A stretch of DNA of 64,000 nucleotides, from NCBI RefSeq assembly GCF_009914755.1, contig NC_060945.1; one strand, given 5' to 3'. Made by a program: the position numbers and the translations under genes. Each line of letters starts with the position of its first letter. Positions within the stretch are counted from its first letter, which is position 1. The notes beneath the pieces are model-generated. The model was given only the letters and a program-made list of their open reading frames with translations. It did no database searches and had not been told where the DNA came from. Below, in pieces: positions 1 to 14,646 of this stretch. Origin of the DNA: the human T2T-CHM13v2.0 reference genome, Homo sapiens.

Positions 1-147
1 CTCACTTGAACTTCTAAAGCATAAAAGTAGAATGTGCTAGAAATGTAACATTCTGAGATAGGGAGGGACTGGCCAGAACAGTGTGGCCTCTGTTTCAGTT
101 CCCACCTAAAAACAGGATGTATTTCAATGCTTTAGCCCAGCAAGTCA

Positions 148-579
<432 letters not shown>

Positions 580-586
580 CTATAAG

Positions 587-938
587 TGTATTAGTCCGTC
601 TTCACGCTGCTGATAAAGACATACCCGAGACTGGGCAATTTACAAAAGAAAGGACTTGCAGTTTCACGTGGCTGGTGAACGTCTCACAATCACGGCAGAG
701 GGTGAAAGGTACTCCTTAGGTGCCTGCTGCCAGAGAGAATGAGGAAGAAGCAAAAACAAAAACCCCTGATAAGCCCATCAGATCTCGGGAGACTTATTAA
801 GCATCATGAAAATAGCACGGGAAAGACTGGCCCCCGTGATTCAATTACCTCCTCCTGGGACCCTCCCACAGCATGTGGGAATTCCGGGAGATAGAATTCA
901 AGTTGAGATTTGGGTGGGGACACAGCCAAACCATATCA
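587..938 (-). mobile_element. THE1A-like MaLR solo LTR
   Basis: tgtattagtccg...gggacacagccaaaccatatca termini; near-TSD ataag/atagg. Confidence 0.9.
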
Positions 939-2671
939 ATAGGTAATAAATCTGCCTCATGTAACTTGTGTGCATGGGTGTTCTATCTCACCAGACTCAT
1001 ACAAGCTCGTAACCAGTGCATGTTAAGCCTGCTTCACACTCTTCAGCATGCTTTGCTAAAAAGTTTTTGCCACGTTAATTTTTTAACATTGCATGAATTT
1101 GTAGACATAAAAATGAGAAAGCTTACTGAAGACACTCTACATTTGTTTCATACTCAATATAATATTTCTTCTTGAGTATAATAAGCTACCTAGCTTATAA
1201 GTTAATATATTTGGATAAAAACCAACTTAAAAACTTAGCTACATTTCTATGCAAACTAATCTTTCATCAAAGCTAATTAGTGATTTTAAAATGCTATCAA
1301 ATACCATCTTATCTTGTATAAGATTTTAAAATTTGGAAGGGTAGCTCAAAATCAATTTGGGTTAATTCAAATTACATCTCAGAAACTAGAGAGTTAAAAT
1401 AATTTTTTAAAAGGAACTTTATATATTGCCTTAACACTTTGTGAATAAAAATCTTTTATGTTTTTCTCCCTTTTATTTATGATCCTTGGATATCATTTGA
1501 GTTCTTGCTAAAAGCTGCCATTTTCATTTCTACAGCTTAATTGCTTACAAATTAATGATTCATAATATTTCACAATTTTCACTTAAATGGTCTGGCATAT
1601 ATTCCTATTGTAATCATGTCATAAAATTAAGGGGAAATTGAATGCCTTGCAGAGTCCGATAAAGACAAGTTCATTCTTTCTTGTGCAATGATTTCCTATA
1701 ACATTTGGAGTTATATCAAATCTAAATTTGTATTCTAAGCAGAAATTACATGTGTTTTTCCCGAACATGTGTTTTCTTATGCTCCTAACCTGTGAAATAG
1801 GAACTTATAAACTATTCTTTTAAAGGCAAGCATATCAATTTAGATGTCTTCCTTTGCAGAGAAAATCAGATACAAATAATCCTATGAAAATATAGTTGCA
1901 TAAGAGTGAACCATCTTATTGTTTATTTCAGATTTGCTCATACCAGCTTGTGTATATTGTTGAGACAGCTCACTGAATGGCATTATTCAATGGTTTCTCT
2001 TTGTGGCTCATCGCCTTTGAGACCATACTTATAAAGTACACCTAATGGAAGTGTCTTAGAGCCTTCTTAAGTGTTTTGCTGAGCCAGGAGAGGAACTGAA
2101 TTATAGATCAAAAGAACTAACGTGTTTCAGTTGGCAAAAGGTTGTCTTAGTCTTCACAGACTTGCCAATCTCTTCTTCCACCAATGAAGTATTTCACTCA
2201 GTTAGCTATAGGAAAGCATTTGTTTGTTATGAACAAATTACTTTAAATTCAACTCCTGACTTATTGCTGAAAATGTAATTTTCCTACACACACACAGACA
2301 TACACACACACACTTACACACATGCACACAAAGTAAACTCTGTCCTAATGTATTTGCCCAGTAGTTTTTTTTGCTTTGTTTTGTTTTTGTTTTAACTGAA
2401 CTGGGGCTGGCAGAAAAAAAGCAACAGAAACTGGAGAAAAATTAAAAGAGAAACAATATAAAGAATTTGATATAGGAATGACTAAGCTTACTTAAATGAA
2501 TTGTGAGATATAAACTTGTCAATATGATTTTGGTTGCAGAAGATTGTATATTACATAAGCTTCACAGATGACATGCATATCCAGAAACTACAGTAATTTA
2601 CAGGGGCAAACTCTGCAACTAAGAAAAGGAGACAGAACTGTTTCCACTCAATGCATTCCTCCATCAAAGAA

Positions 2672-2920
2672 CAAGGTAGCAAAATGGTTGAGAATTGCGT
2701 ATTTGGCAAGACACTGCCTATCTTTAACACCTGGGTATGCCACTTGCTACCTAACCTTGAACAAGTGACTACTTCTCTATGTTACATTTGTTTCATCTGT
2801 AAAATGGGGGTAACACTGATGTCTAGTATAAAATGCTGTTGGAGGTTTACATGAGATAATCCATATAAAATCTCTAGCGCAATGCCAGTCACATAGTAAA
2901 TTCTCTGTAAATATTAGTTC
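2672..2920 (+). mobile_element. MIR SINE
   Basis: MIR core gtttcatctgtaaaatggggg and 3' acatagtaaattctc...aaatattag. Confidence 0.75.
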
Positions 2921-3211
2921 TGACTATGCTTATAAGCACTTCATCTTCAAATGTGGAATTTTTGAATATTACAATGGGAAGGTATTGATTCATTATTTAT
3001 TCAATAAACATGCCTACTGTGTCTTCAAAAATAAGACCATAAAGGATGGTGAATTAAAAATAAAGTGCAGGAAAGGAATTATTTTTTTCTAATGTTATAT
3101 GATGGTTAGCACTGTACAGAAAAACAGACTCAACCCTCTAAATCAGTTGTCTGTTTTATTAAGGACGTATCATTTTCACAAGGGAATCTTGATAAATACA
3201 AATTTATCACT

Positions 3212-3870
3212 CCACTCACTCATTCATTCATTCATCCACTAAACAGTCCTTTACTTCTTACCTACCACACATCAGGCTAATGCTAAGAACTGATACAAAG
3301 ACTCAACCACACATGATCTGTGACTTCAAGAACATAGAGATCTTATGGTACGAAAGATATGTAAAGATAAATTATAATTAATTGACACAGCATGTGCTAC
3401 TTTGAGAGAATAAACCCAAAGCTGAATTTTAATGCAACTATTAGGTTTGAATAGGCAGAAAAGCAGAGAAAAGCATCTCTGGAATGGGAACACTTGACCC
3501 AGAGAAGAAAGAATGCAAGGAGATGCCAGGTTTGGAAATGGAGAGAAGCTTAGTGCTTAGCCAAACTTGGGAAGGGGCTTCAGTGTCAACCTAAGAAATT
3601 CAGCTTCCTAAAATTGTAGTAACAACAGGAAATTTTAAGCAGGGAGATGACTTTGTGGTAGGAAAGAAAATGAACTAGAGTGGGAAGGAAGTTGGAGATA
3701 CCAATGATATAGAGACTGTCCAGAGGTAGCTGCAATATTCAAGATGAGAAATAATTGAGCCTTAAATGATCTAGGGGGAAGAAGCTACAGAACAAAAAAA
3801 CACACAAAACTATGAAAGAGAGTTGCTAGTTAGAATCTTCGTGAGCAAGGGACTAAATATATTTCAGTGG
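3212..3870 (-). mobile_element. L2 LINE 3' fragment
   Basis: (CATT)n L2 tail followed by degenerate purine-rich L2 body. Confidence 0.6.
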
Positions 3871-4565
3871 AAGAAGTAGTATATCTTGTGATTTAGTGAT
3901 TCTCACATTTTAAAATTGAGGTAACTACTTTCTGACATGAAACTATAAGTGCAAAATTTTGATATAGATACTTAGAATTTGCCTTAGTTGTGAAGTAGCC
4001 TGTAATGTAAAGCATTTCTCTGAGAAACAAAAGTGGATTTTTCCTCTTAGTCAGAGTTTCTTGAAACCCACATGTGAAAGATGCCTTGATATAAAACATG
4101 TATGTTTTAACTTTGGGCTCAGTTTTGCAGGAATGTATCTGAGATGGAAAACCAGATGGCTATATTTCAATGTATTTTCTCTTCCATTTTATGGAAAATG
4201 ACCCATGATCTATTTTGGCTTACATGAGATTTACTCATAAATATATATGAGTATAATGCCTTGCAGCTCCTGTTTAATGCATTTATGAAAAATTTTTCAC
4301 TTTCTGGGAAGCTTTTCATTCAGGGCAGCTGCCTGGAAACACTTATGATCTCTGAGGAGAAGCTTTGAACGTGCACAGGCATTTTTAAAAATGGTATGTT
4401 GTTAGGCAACTAAAAATCACAAGCTCAACATGGTAGCATTATCTTTTTGTCAGAGGTGTGAACTGGCTCTTCCATAATCAGGCTTTCAACACTTGGAAAG
4501 TTTTTTTCTGAGTACGTATTTCCTCATCTGTAAAATAGGCGGGTTCTGTTCTGATTTCATCAAGT

Positions 4566-4621
4566 TATGATAAAAGAAAAGCACAGTAGGTAGGTATGAT
4601 AAAAGAAAAGCACAGTAGGTA
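4566..4621. repeat. Exact 27-bp tandem duplication (period 29)
   Basis: tatgataaaagaaaagcacagtaggta at 4566-4592 and 4595-4621. Confidence 0.95.
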
Positions 4622-4834
4622 AATAATCAATTATAGTGACATTTCTTCCTCTTCACTCCTTTTGCTACCCAAGTGACGTATCATACAGCAAGCTAACACT
4701 TGGTAGAATGCCAATTTAGTATGATACTGGTTTCCAGTTAATTTAGGACTATAAAAAGTGCTGGCAATGCCCAACTCAAACTTACGTTTGAATTGGCTTT
4801 TTAAATTGCTATATGTCATAAAGACCAGTTGATA

Positions 4835-5173
<339 letters not shown>

Positions 5174-6450
5174 TTAGAGTTCTTGAGATTATTTAACTGT
5201 AACTTATGGTAATTCAACTGGCCATAGTGACTATTCGTATGATGAAAGAGTATGTGATGAGCAACAATGAAATGAGATAGGTCCAACAGAGCTTTTCCAG
5301 GTGCAGATGCTCCCAGCCACGGACAGTCTGGCTGGTAGGCAAACATGGAATCCAGGGACTTCAAGCATCTCCACTCAGATCCATTTTGGAGGAGGCAAAA
5401 TGAAGTACCAGATGTTTGGGGGCAGATAAGTTCCAAAGAAAATGATTACTGAGAGTCAGTTAACCAGGCTGTCAGCTTCTGCAAACTCTATCATAAGTCA
5501 GTTGACTCCAGACTGCAAACTGGTGCTTAGGAATACCAATGATTGCCTCTAAAGGCAGAAATTAAATGCTTTGTACTGGACATTGCCAACCTTAAGTTCC
5601 CTGGTGCACTTGGGTACCACCATCCGGATGCTCTGAGTGTGAGGTGCCAAAGTGCCCTTGTATTTTCTGTAGTTCTCAATGGTTAGATGTCACACTCGGT
5701 TCCCTGAAGAAAATGTCTCTCTCCCAGTCCTGTGGGCATCTTATCAATTTATCATCATCAAGATTCAGCCTCAAGTTTCTTCCCATCTAAGGGGCCTGTT
5801 TAGAGCCTCTAAGCTTTCTGCTTTCAGAAAGCTACATATTCACTAGAGAGAATGGGTATCTATTCTGAATTTTCTCTAGTATGACGAGATTACTGTCTTA
5901 TATTGTTCTTCATTTCTTCCTAAGTGTCAGTCTTATCTCCCCAAGGAGATTGTAAGCGCCTTGGAGGCAGGGATCATGTTTTATATTCCTGGGGCCTCAC
6001 ATCCTTTGAATATACAATTGAGCAGATATTAAGAGATACTTAGTAATGGATTTATTGAACTTGAAATCTGAAACTGCTAATTCTAGAATTATTACCATAC
6101 ATTTGTGTATTTTTGGGGATTTTGCATAAAAATACTGTAGGTAGCTATATTCTTTTCACCTGCTCCCATAAACTATCAAAGTTTATGTCTCACGTATTTA
6201 GTTCTATCAGATATTGAGTTAATCACTTTTTTAGGAAGAAAGATTTTGGAGAAAGAAAGTTGGCTTCTTTACTCCATCTTCCTACTTTATATATTTGGAA
6301 TTTTTCATTAGACATGACTAAAGAAGTAGAAGGAGAAACAAAGATCTAACTTTTAAATTATTCACTAGGCCTGCACAGGTTTGGTATGCAGATTAGCTCA
6401 ACAGATAGAGGTAGATCAACATGGCAAATTAAAAATAATATCTAAGGTTT

Positions 6451-7315
6451 AATTCACACGTTGTATGACAGTCTCACTCTTCTATGTCAACCATGGACCT
6501 ATACCTTAGAATTTATTGTCTCCGCTCTTCCAAATTCTGTTCCTTCCAAATCCTTGGCCAGACATCCAGGACATTGGCCACTGAATGGAAATCTGTACAT
6601 ATTATCACTTTGGGCTACTTCTCTTTCCACAAAAAGTGAATGCTTAAGTTCACTGCTCATAGCTCTGCCCATTGGAAAGAATTTCCCTTTTTGCTCTTTT
6701 TCAAGGCCACTCCTATATGTGTCTATAGTGCAGCCACCATCCATTTCAGCCCAGGTAATGAGCCAACCAATCCATTACCTATGCTTGGACTTTGCCCTCA
6801 TCTTTCAGTTGTTTCAATTGTGCCCTTCATAGAACCATGACTGCAAGGCAGTCCCAGGTCCTCTTATCACCTGTTTTATCAGACCACATCTAGTACCATT
6901 TGTGTTAGTTAGTTCAGGTCCTCCAAGAAGCCCCTTCACAGATTTTACTAGGGAAAATCCCTGTGAGAAAAAATGGGGAGGAAGAACAGAGAGGCTGGGA
7001 GAGTCATCATACCCCACGCAAGTCTGACCATGAGGGAAGGAAAGAGAAAAGGAAGGTTGGGTGGAAGCGTCATAGACCAGTATGCAGTCTCAAGGAAGTC
7101 CAGCAAGAGACCACTGGGGAGTCCATGAGGCAGAGTTGCATGAAAAGAGAAGATATCTGTATCCTAATGTCAAAACTGCCTTAGCATCACTGTGCCTACG
7201 GGAAGCATGATGTCAGCTTAAACATGGTGATGGATTTCAAAGAACAGCCAGAGCCTCTGTGCATTACACTTCCTCTAGTTCGAATTCTGCAAGGTGCATT
7301 GTCATGGCCACCAAA
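6451..7315 (-). mobile_element. LTR16-type LTR (6901-7315) plus ERVL/HERV16-like internal RNase H fragment; copy A
   Basis: LTR16-like terminus aaggtgcattgtcatggccacc; minus-strand QWAE motif of ERVL RNase H; near-copy of 51154-52003. Confidence 0.75.
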
Positions 7316-7539
7316 TTAATGTTTCTAAAAACACATAAATTCTAAGCAATCTCAATTCACAATTCAGAATAGAATGTTCTGCATCAACTCAGGAGTTCTA
7401 TTCTTATGATATGAGATTCATGGGTAGAAATTAAAATGGACAATTTTATCTAACCACTATTAGCGAAAACTATAATTGGAACAAAATCTTTTTACCTCTT
7501 GCTCTCATGGATGTTTGGGTTTTTCAAATGTCTTTGTCA

Positions 7540-7775
7540 TTACTTGTGATTCACCTGCTTAGCACGTTCCTGTTCAACCTTTAAGCCTCTGGCTTACTTG
7601 CCTTCTTCCTGTGAAGCTCCATGGTATTGCACTCTTAACTGTGTTATGTCCCACTAGAATGTAATGTTTTTGAGGTCAGGAACTGTGCGTGTATGGTTTG
7701 TTGTTGTATATAATGTGCAGTATAATACCTGGTGCTTATTATGCATTCAGTTCATGTTTGTTAAACAAATGCATA
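7540..7775 (+). mobile_element. L2 3' end
   Basis: cccactagaatgtaa...gaggtcaggaac...cctggtgc...tgtttgttaaacaaatg. Confidence 0.6.
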
Positions 7776-8844
7776 GAATCATTGTCTTTAGGCACTACCC
7801 TACTTATAACGAATTGAAGAAATGATAAAATCCATTATTATTACAGCTATTTGTATGGTATAGAACAGACCTAATTTTCTATTATGTGATTTGGCTTCTG
7901 AAAATTTATTTACTCAATTCCTTTCTGTAGTTAGGTTCACATGCACCCATATTACATGAATATATTCATGCCATCTCAGAGATCATTAGGATGACAAAAA
8001 AAAAAAAAAAAAAAAAACATATAACGGCTATCAATTTTCCCCAAAAACCAGCAGGTATAAGCAATTGTTATTCACATTGTTCATTTTATAAGCAATATAG
8101 GAACTCTGCATTTAAATAGGAAAATTGAGTGATTTCTAAAATCAGAAGCTAATATATTTTGGATTATTATTTTAAAAAGTTTAAAGGATACATATATACA
8201 TCTGTAGGTTTCCTGGAGTCTCCAAATCAGGGATGCCAGCCATCCTAGAGTGTCACTAAAGTGAGAGGCAGCATGAACTTGTCTCAGATATGTTGGCATG
8301 ATTTAGGAGTGGGTAGGGATGGTAGAACAAGAGTGATCCAATATTTTAAAATATTTTCTTCTGACATAGTAATTACTGCATACATGACATCATGATTTTT
8401 TCCTCTTCACTCATTCTTAGCCTGTGGCACTCAACTCTCCTGCTAGGCAATCAGCACCAGGACTACTTTTGAAGTGGTCTGCTGCTGGGATGCATTCACT
8501 TGGCCTCTGCCTCTATATTGTTTTTGGTCACCTTTCCCATCTTTCTCTTACTATTCCCAATCCTTATCCATATGCCAGCCTGCTGGCTATGCCGAATTCT
8601 CACTCTGGCTTTCCTCTAATACTTGGCATCTGGGGCTGGAGCTCTTGCGCTGCAGGCTTCTTGCTGCTCTCTGGAGGCCCTATTCTACGGGAGCTGCTCT
8701 CAGCAAGCTGTCAAGTTAGAAAGGAAATAATGAAGCATTAGCTGAAGAGTCAATATCTGATAAGGCTTAATGTGCCAGCCCTAATGATAGTTTGCATTTT
8801 CTTCTGGGAATAGTTATTTGAAAACTGAAAAAAAAAAAATAGTA

Positions 8845-9148
8845 CCAGGATCCCCCTCTTTCCCCACCCTCCCCACCACCATGGATGCCAAAATCCACAG
8901 ATGCTCAAGTATCTTATATATAATGGTATAATATTTGCATATAACTTATGCATGTTATTCTATATACCTTAAATAACATCTAGATTACTTATAATCCTGA
9001 ATATAATGTAAATGCCATGTAAATTGTTGTTACGCTGCATTGTTTTTTAATTTATTTTTTCATTTCTTTTTAAAATATTTTTGATCCATACTTGGTTGAA
9101 TCTGTGGAGCCAGAACCTGTAGATACCAAGTGTTATCTGAGGACTGTA
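8845..9148. mobile_element. MER2 (TcMar-Tigger) DNA transposon
   Basis: ccaaaatccacagatgctcaagt...ttggttgaatctgtgga, typical of MER2. Confidence 0.8.
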
Positions 9149-10712
9149 TTTAAGGTGTAAGGTACAGGATAGTGTAGATTTGGGGGATAAGTAGCGTTTT
9201 CTGATATAAAGAAGGCTACCATCTAAGACCATCCGTGAATTGTTATTATAATCAGATAAAAAAGTCAAATAAAAATGAGTGAATATTTTAAAAAATTATG
9301 TGACTCATTTCTTTTGAGTAACTTGACAGCTATGGTCACATTAATTGTGTACAGAGATATAGCTTTAGCTGTTTCTTAGGAAATTTGAATTTAATTAAAC
9401 ATGAATAAAAAGCCAAAAAGATCTTTGTTTTATTAGTGTCTCTCCTTCAATTATCATAATAAAGAGATAATCTCCAGCAAAAACAAAACTAAAAAACTTT
9501 TACAATTAAAGCATACAATGTCCAATTTCCAACATTCTAAACTATCATTAAAACATTTATTTTTTTCTCTTTATTCCTTGCTGCAAGGAGTTATTTAAAA
9601 CTAAACCCAAAATATCCACTCCATAGCTCATCTAACCTGCATATAAATAGAGAATATATGTCAACTTTCAACTTACAGATTCACCAAGTAAAGGAAAAAC
9701 TTTTAATGATTTCAACTCTAGGAAGGAAATGTCTTAATCACCATAAAAATGGTGTCATTAGAAAAACAGTCTGTTTTATATCTTAATATTTGTAGCATTA
9801 TTTGCCCTGGTATTATAGTTTTTCATCAACCTAAGAAAGTGAGTTGTTTAACCTTATTATTGGATGCAAATAAGCATGTTTTTAAGGTACAGTATAGTTT
9901 ACTGTGTAATGTGTATCAAGGATGAAGCCAAGAGAAGAAAATAACTCATTAAAAGTGTCACTTGTTACTGCAGCAATAATCAATAGAGCATTAAACATCA
10001 CATCTTATTGCAATGAATGGGGAATAAACATGAAGTCCACAGTGCACTCTTGTAAATGGTATGACTTGTAAATGTCAGTGAGGACTTATTTAATACTAAA
10101 AGGCTATAAGAATTTGCAAAGGGAGTTTTAAAATTCATCCAAGATAGCTGAAGGTTACATGAAGAAAGGGCAGCTATATATAGCATGCACACACTCAGGT
10201 AATGTAAAATATGAATGGATGAAAAAGAACCAAACCTAATTCTAATTGGAGGGTTCATTATATTTGATATTCTAGAAAGAGCATGTATTGAGACCTGGAA
10301 GTTTGGCATTATGAATATTTTATTGCATATCTTGCTTTATATTCACTTTATATTCATATAAAGCAGGCTTTTTTTTTTTCCAATGTAAGCAGTGTATATG
10401 TATAGGTAGAGAGCAAAGAAAAATCTTACAGATTAATGCAGTTCAGAATACATCATTTAGGTGAATTGTATTCTCTTTCTGGAAGCTTCTTTTAAAATTT
10501 ATAATCTGCAACATCTCATTGCACAAAATTTCCATCTCTTCATCCAAGCAAGTTAAATTTGTCTTGATTTATCTGCATATTGATCTGTAAACCTGATAAT
10601 TGATAGGGAAGATTCTTGGAGATTTCTAAAGTCTGTCATTTTTATAGATGCAGACTTTCATGTAGCACAATCAGAACATTCTGACATAGAAAAAAAAAAT
10701 AATCAATGTATG

Positions 10713-11085
10713 TGATATAGTTTGGCTCTGTGTCCCCACGGAAATATCACCTTGAATTGTAATAATCCCCACATGTGAAAGGCGGGATCAAGTGCAAATA
10801 ATTGAATCATGGGGTTAGTTTCCCTCATGCTGCTCTTGTGATACTGAATGAATTTTCATAAGATCTGATGGTTTTATTAATATAAGGGGCTTCCCCCTTT
10901 TCTCAGTACATCTCTCTCCTGCTGCCATGTGAAGAAGGTTGTGTTTGCTTCCCCTTCTGCCATGAATGGAAGTTTCCAGAGGCCTCCCCAGCCATGCAGA
11001 ACTGTGAGTCGATCAAACCTCTTTCCATTATAAATTACCCAGTCTCAAGTAAGTCCGTTTAGCAATGTGAGAATGGACTAATACA
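10713..11085 (+). mobile_element. THE1D-like MaLR solo LTR
   Basis: tgatatagtttggctctgtgtcccc...ggactaataca; perfect 5-bp TSD GTATG. Confidence 0.92.
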
Positions 11086-11385
11086 GTATGTTAACAGGAA
11101 CCCTGGTGGCTTAACTCATTGTGGAAATGGACAGCATGGGTTACAAAACTCATATCTTAGAGAGGTTTGGCCATTATCAAAGCAAAATTCTCTTTCATGG
11201 GACTAGTTTTAGTTTCTCTCCATGGACTTATTTTGAGGTGAAAACAGTAGAGAAACTCCGTGGAAAATTTAGGTCTTTTGTCTTGAATATGCTATAGAGT
11301 TAAAAATGCAATATTACCCTTTTCACAAGTTTAATTTAGCATTCCTCATAATGGTTTATATTTCAAACAAAAAAAATTATCATAG

Positions 11386-13691
11386 TGTTTTAGTCCATTT
11401 TCGTATTGCTGTGAAGAAATACTCAAGACTGGGTAATTTATAAAGAAAAGAAGTTTAATGGACTCACAGTTCCACATGGCTGGGGAGGCCTCACAGTCAT
11501 GGTGGAAGGCAAGGGAGGAGCAAATGCTTACATGGCATCAGGCAAGAGAGCATGTGCAGAGAACCTGCCCTTTATAAAACCATCACATCTCAAGAGACTT
11601 ATTCACTATCATGAGAACAGCATGGGAATATCTCGCCCCCATGATTCAATTACCTCCCACCTGGCCCCTCTCATGACACATGGGGATTATGGGAGCTACA
11701 ATTCAAGATGAGATTTGGTTGGAGACAGAGCCAAACCATATAATTCCACCTCTAGCCCCTCCCAAATCTCATGTCCTCATATTTCAAAACCAATCATGCC
11801 TTCCAAACAGTTCCCCAAAGTCTTAACTTATTTTAGCATTAACTCAAAAGTCCATAGTCCAGTCTCATCTGAGACAAGGCAAATCCCTTCGACCTATGAG
11901 CCTGTAAAATCAAAAGCAAGTTGGTTACTCCCTAGATACAATGGGGGTACAGGCATTGGGTAAATACACCCTTTCCAAATGGGAGAAATTGGTCAAAACA
12001 AAGGGGTTACAGGCCCCATGCAAGTCCAAAAACAAATAGGATAGTCATTAAACCTTAAAGTTCCAGAATGATCTTCTTTGACTCCATGTCTCACATACAG
12101 GGTCATTCTGATACAAGAGGTAGGCTTCCATGGCCGTGGGCAGCTCTGTCCCTGTGGCTTTGCAGGGTACAGCTCCCCTCTTGGCTGCTTTCATGGGCTG
12201 GCATTGAGTGTCCGTGGCTTTTCCAGGCACACAGTGCAAGATGTCAGTGGATCTACCATTCTAGGGTCTGGGTAGTCCTCTTCTCACAGCTCCACTAGGC
12301 AGTACCCCAGTGGGGATTCTCTGTGGGGGCTCCAACCCCACATTTCCCTTCTGCACTTCCCTAGCAGAGGTTCTCCATAAGGGCCCTGCCCCTGCAGCAA
12401 ACTTCTGCCTGGACATCCAGGCATTTTCATATATCCTCTGAAATCTAGGTGGAGATTCCCAAATCTCAATTCTTAACTTCTGTGCACCTGCAGGCTCAAC
12501 ATCACATGGAAGCTGCCAAGGTGTGGGGCTTGCACCCTCTGAAGGAATGGCCTGAACTGTACCTTGGCATATTTCAGCCATGGGTGGAGTGGCTAGGACA
12601 CAGGGCAGTAAGTCCCTAGGCTGCACACAGCAGGGGGGCCCAGGGCCCAGCCCAGGAAACCATTTTTTTTCTCCTAGGGCTCTGGGCCTGTGATGGGAGG
12701 GGCTGCAGTGAAGGTGTCTGACATGCCCTTGAGACATTTTCCCCATTGTCTTGGTAATTAACATTTGGCTCCTCATAACTTATGCAAATTTCTGCAGCCA
12801 GCTTGAATTTCTCCTCAGAAAGTGGGTTTTTCTTTTTTATCACATCATCAGGCTGCAAATTTTCCAAACTTATCCTCTGCTTCCCTTTTAAATGTTAAGT
12901 TCCATTTCTAAATCATGTCTTTGTGAACACATAAAACTGAATCCTTTTTACCAGCACCCAAGTCACTCTTGAACTCTTTGCTGTTTGGACATTTCTTCTG
13001 CCAGATACTCTAAATAATCTCTCTCAAGTTTAAAGTCCCACAATCTCCAGGGAGGGGCAAAATACCACCAGTCTCTTTACTAAAGCATAGCAAGAACCAG
13101 TTTAGCTCCAGTCCCCAATAAGTTCCTTATCTTAATCTGAGACTACTTCCGCCTGGAATTTTGGGTCAAAGCCGTTCAACAAGTCTCTAGCAAGCTTCAA
13201 ACTTTTCCGCATCTTCCTGTCTTCTTCTGAGCCCTCCAAACTGTTCCAACCTCTTCCTGTTACCCAGTTCCAAAGTCTTTTCCACATTTTGGGGTATCTT
13301 TACAGTAGTGCCCACTACCAGTACCAATTTACTATATTAGTCCATTTTCATACTGCTATGAAAAAATACCCGAGGATGAGCAATTTATACAGAAAAGGAG
13401 GTTTAATGGACTAACAGTTCCACATGGCTGGGCAGACCTCACAAGCATGGTAGAAGGCAAAGGAGGAGCAGAGGCTTACACGGCAGCATGCAAGAGAGTT
13501 TGTCCAGGGGAACTGCCATTTATAAAACCAGCAGATCTCATGAGACTTATTTACTATTATGAGAACAGCATGGAAAAAACCTGCCTCTGTGATTCAATTA
13601 CCTCCCACTGGGTCCCCCCCACAACACATGGGGATTATGGGAGCTAAAATTCAAAATGAGATTTGGGTGGGGACACAGCCAAACCATATTA
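11386..13691 (-). mobile_element. Complete THE1C-like MaLR provirus (3' LTR 11386-11743, internal 11744-13332, 5' LTR 13333-13691)
   Basis: Two homologous LTRs flanking ~1.6 kb THE1 internal sequence; polypurine tract at ~11744; perfect TSD CATAG. Confidence 0.95.
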
Positions 13692-14166
13692 CATAGTATT
13701 CAGGCTTGTTTTAGGAGTTAGAAAAAGAGGAAGAGGGAACTGATATGTATGTTGTCAGCTCAGCTCCCAAGAAGCACAATTCTGTAGAATATGCCAAAGA
13801 CATCACAAGGTTAGCAGTTCAATTCTTCATACAAATGGATGCCATAATTTAGCGCCTTTTTTTTAACCAGCCAGTAAAAACTCTCACTTGCAACACAAAG
13901 ACAATCTTCAAGGCATGCAGTTGCCTTCTATTTCTAATAATTTCTGAAACATGGTAGTGTATTCACGATTTTATTTCAGATTCCATAACTGAAAATCATA
14001 ACAATAGAATAGAAAGTTCATTTTCACACAATGCCTAGAATTAAATAATGGTAAATTAACTAAATATATAGAGCAAGCCCAAAGAAGAGTAAGAAAAATA
14101 CTAGACAATAACAATAATGAAAACAGTGCTATGTGTGATGCATTGTGTTGAGATCTTTATACATGT

Positions 14167-14646
14167 TGTATGGGTTTCCCATTGCTGGTGTAACAAATTA
14201 CTACAAATTTGATAGCTTAAAATGACACAAATTTATTATCTTACAGTTCTGGGGGCTAGAAGTCTATAATGGTTACAGGGTTGTGTTCCTTCTGGAGGAT
14301 CTAGGGGGGAATCTGTTCTCTTGCCTTCTTCAGCCTCTCAAAGCTACCCCCATTCCATGGCTCATGGGCCCTTACACACTCTGACCTCTGCTTTAATCAT
14401 CACACCTCATTCTCTGAACTTGACCCTTCAGCCTCCCTTTTATAAGGGAGGGTCCAATTCAGAGACCATTTTACAATTCACATGGAAGTCTTGTGAATTG
14501 AATGGACTCACCCAGATAATCCAGGATACTTTCCCCATCTCAAGATCCCTACCTTAATACCGAAGTCCTCTTTTTCTTGTAACATATTCCCATGTCTGGG
14601 GATTGTGACATGGATGTCTGTGGGGACCATTATTTTACCTACCACA
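14167..14646 (-). mobile_element. MLT1 (C/D-like) MaLR solo LTR
   Basis: gtaacaaattactacaaatt...atttattatcttacagttctgg...ctaccaca; TSD catgt/catgg. Confidence 0.85.

Noticed and set aside
8200-8720. GC-richer stretch with ORFs 8424 and 8474
   Set aside because: Probably a very old LTR remnant; I could not assign a family or coding signal
12261-12776. 171-aa ORF, the longest in the window
   Set aside because: Lies in the THE1 internal region; a decayed MaLR ORF remnant, not a host gene
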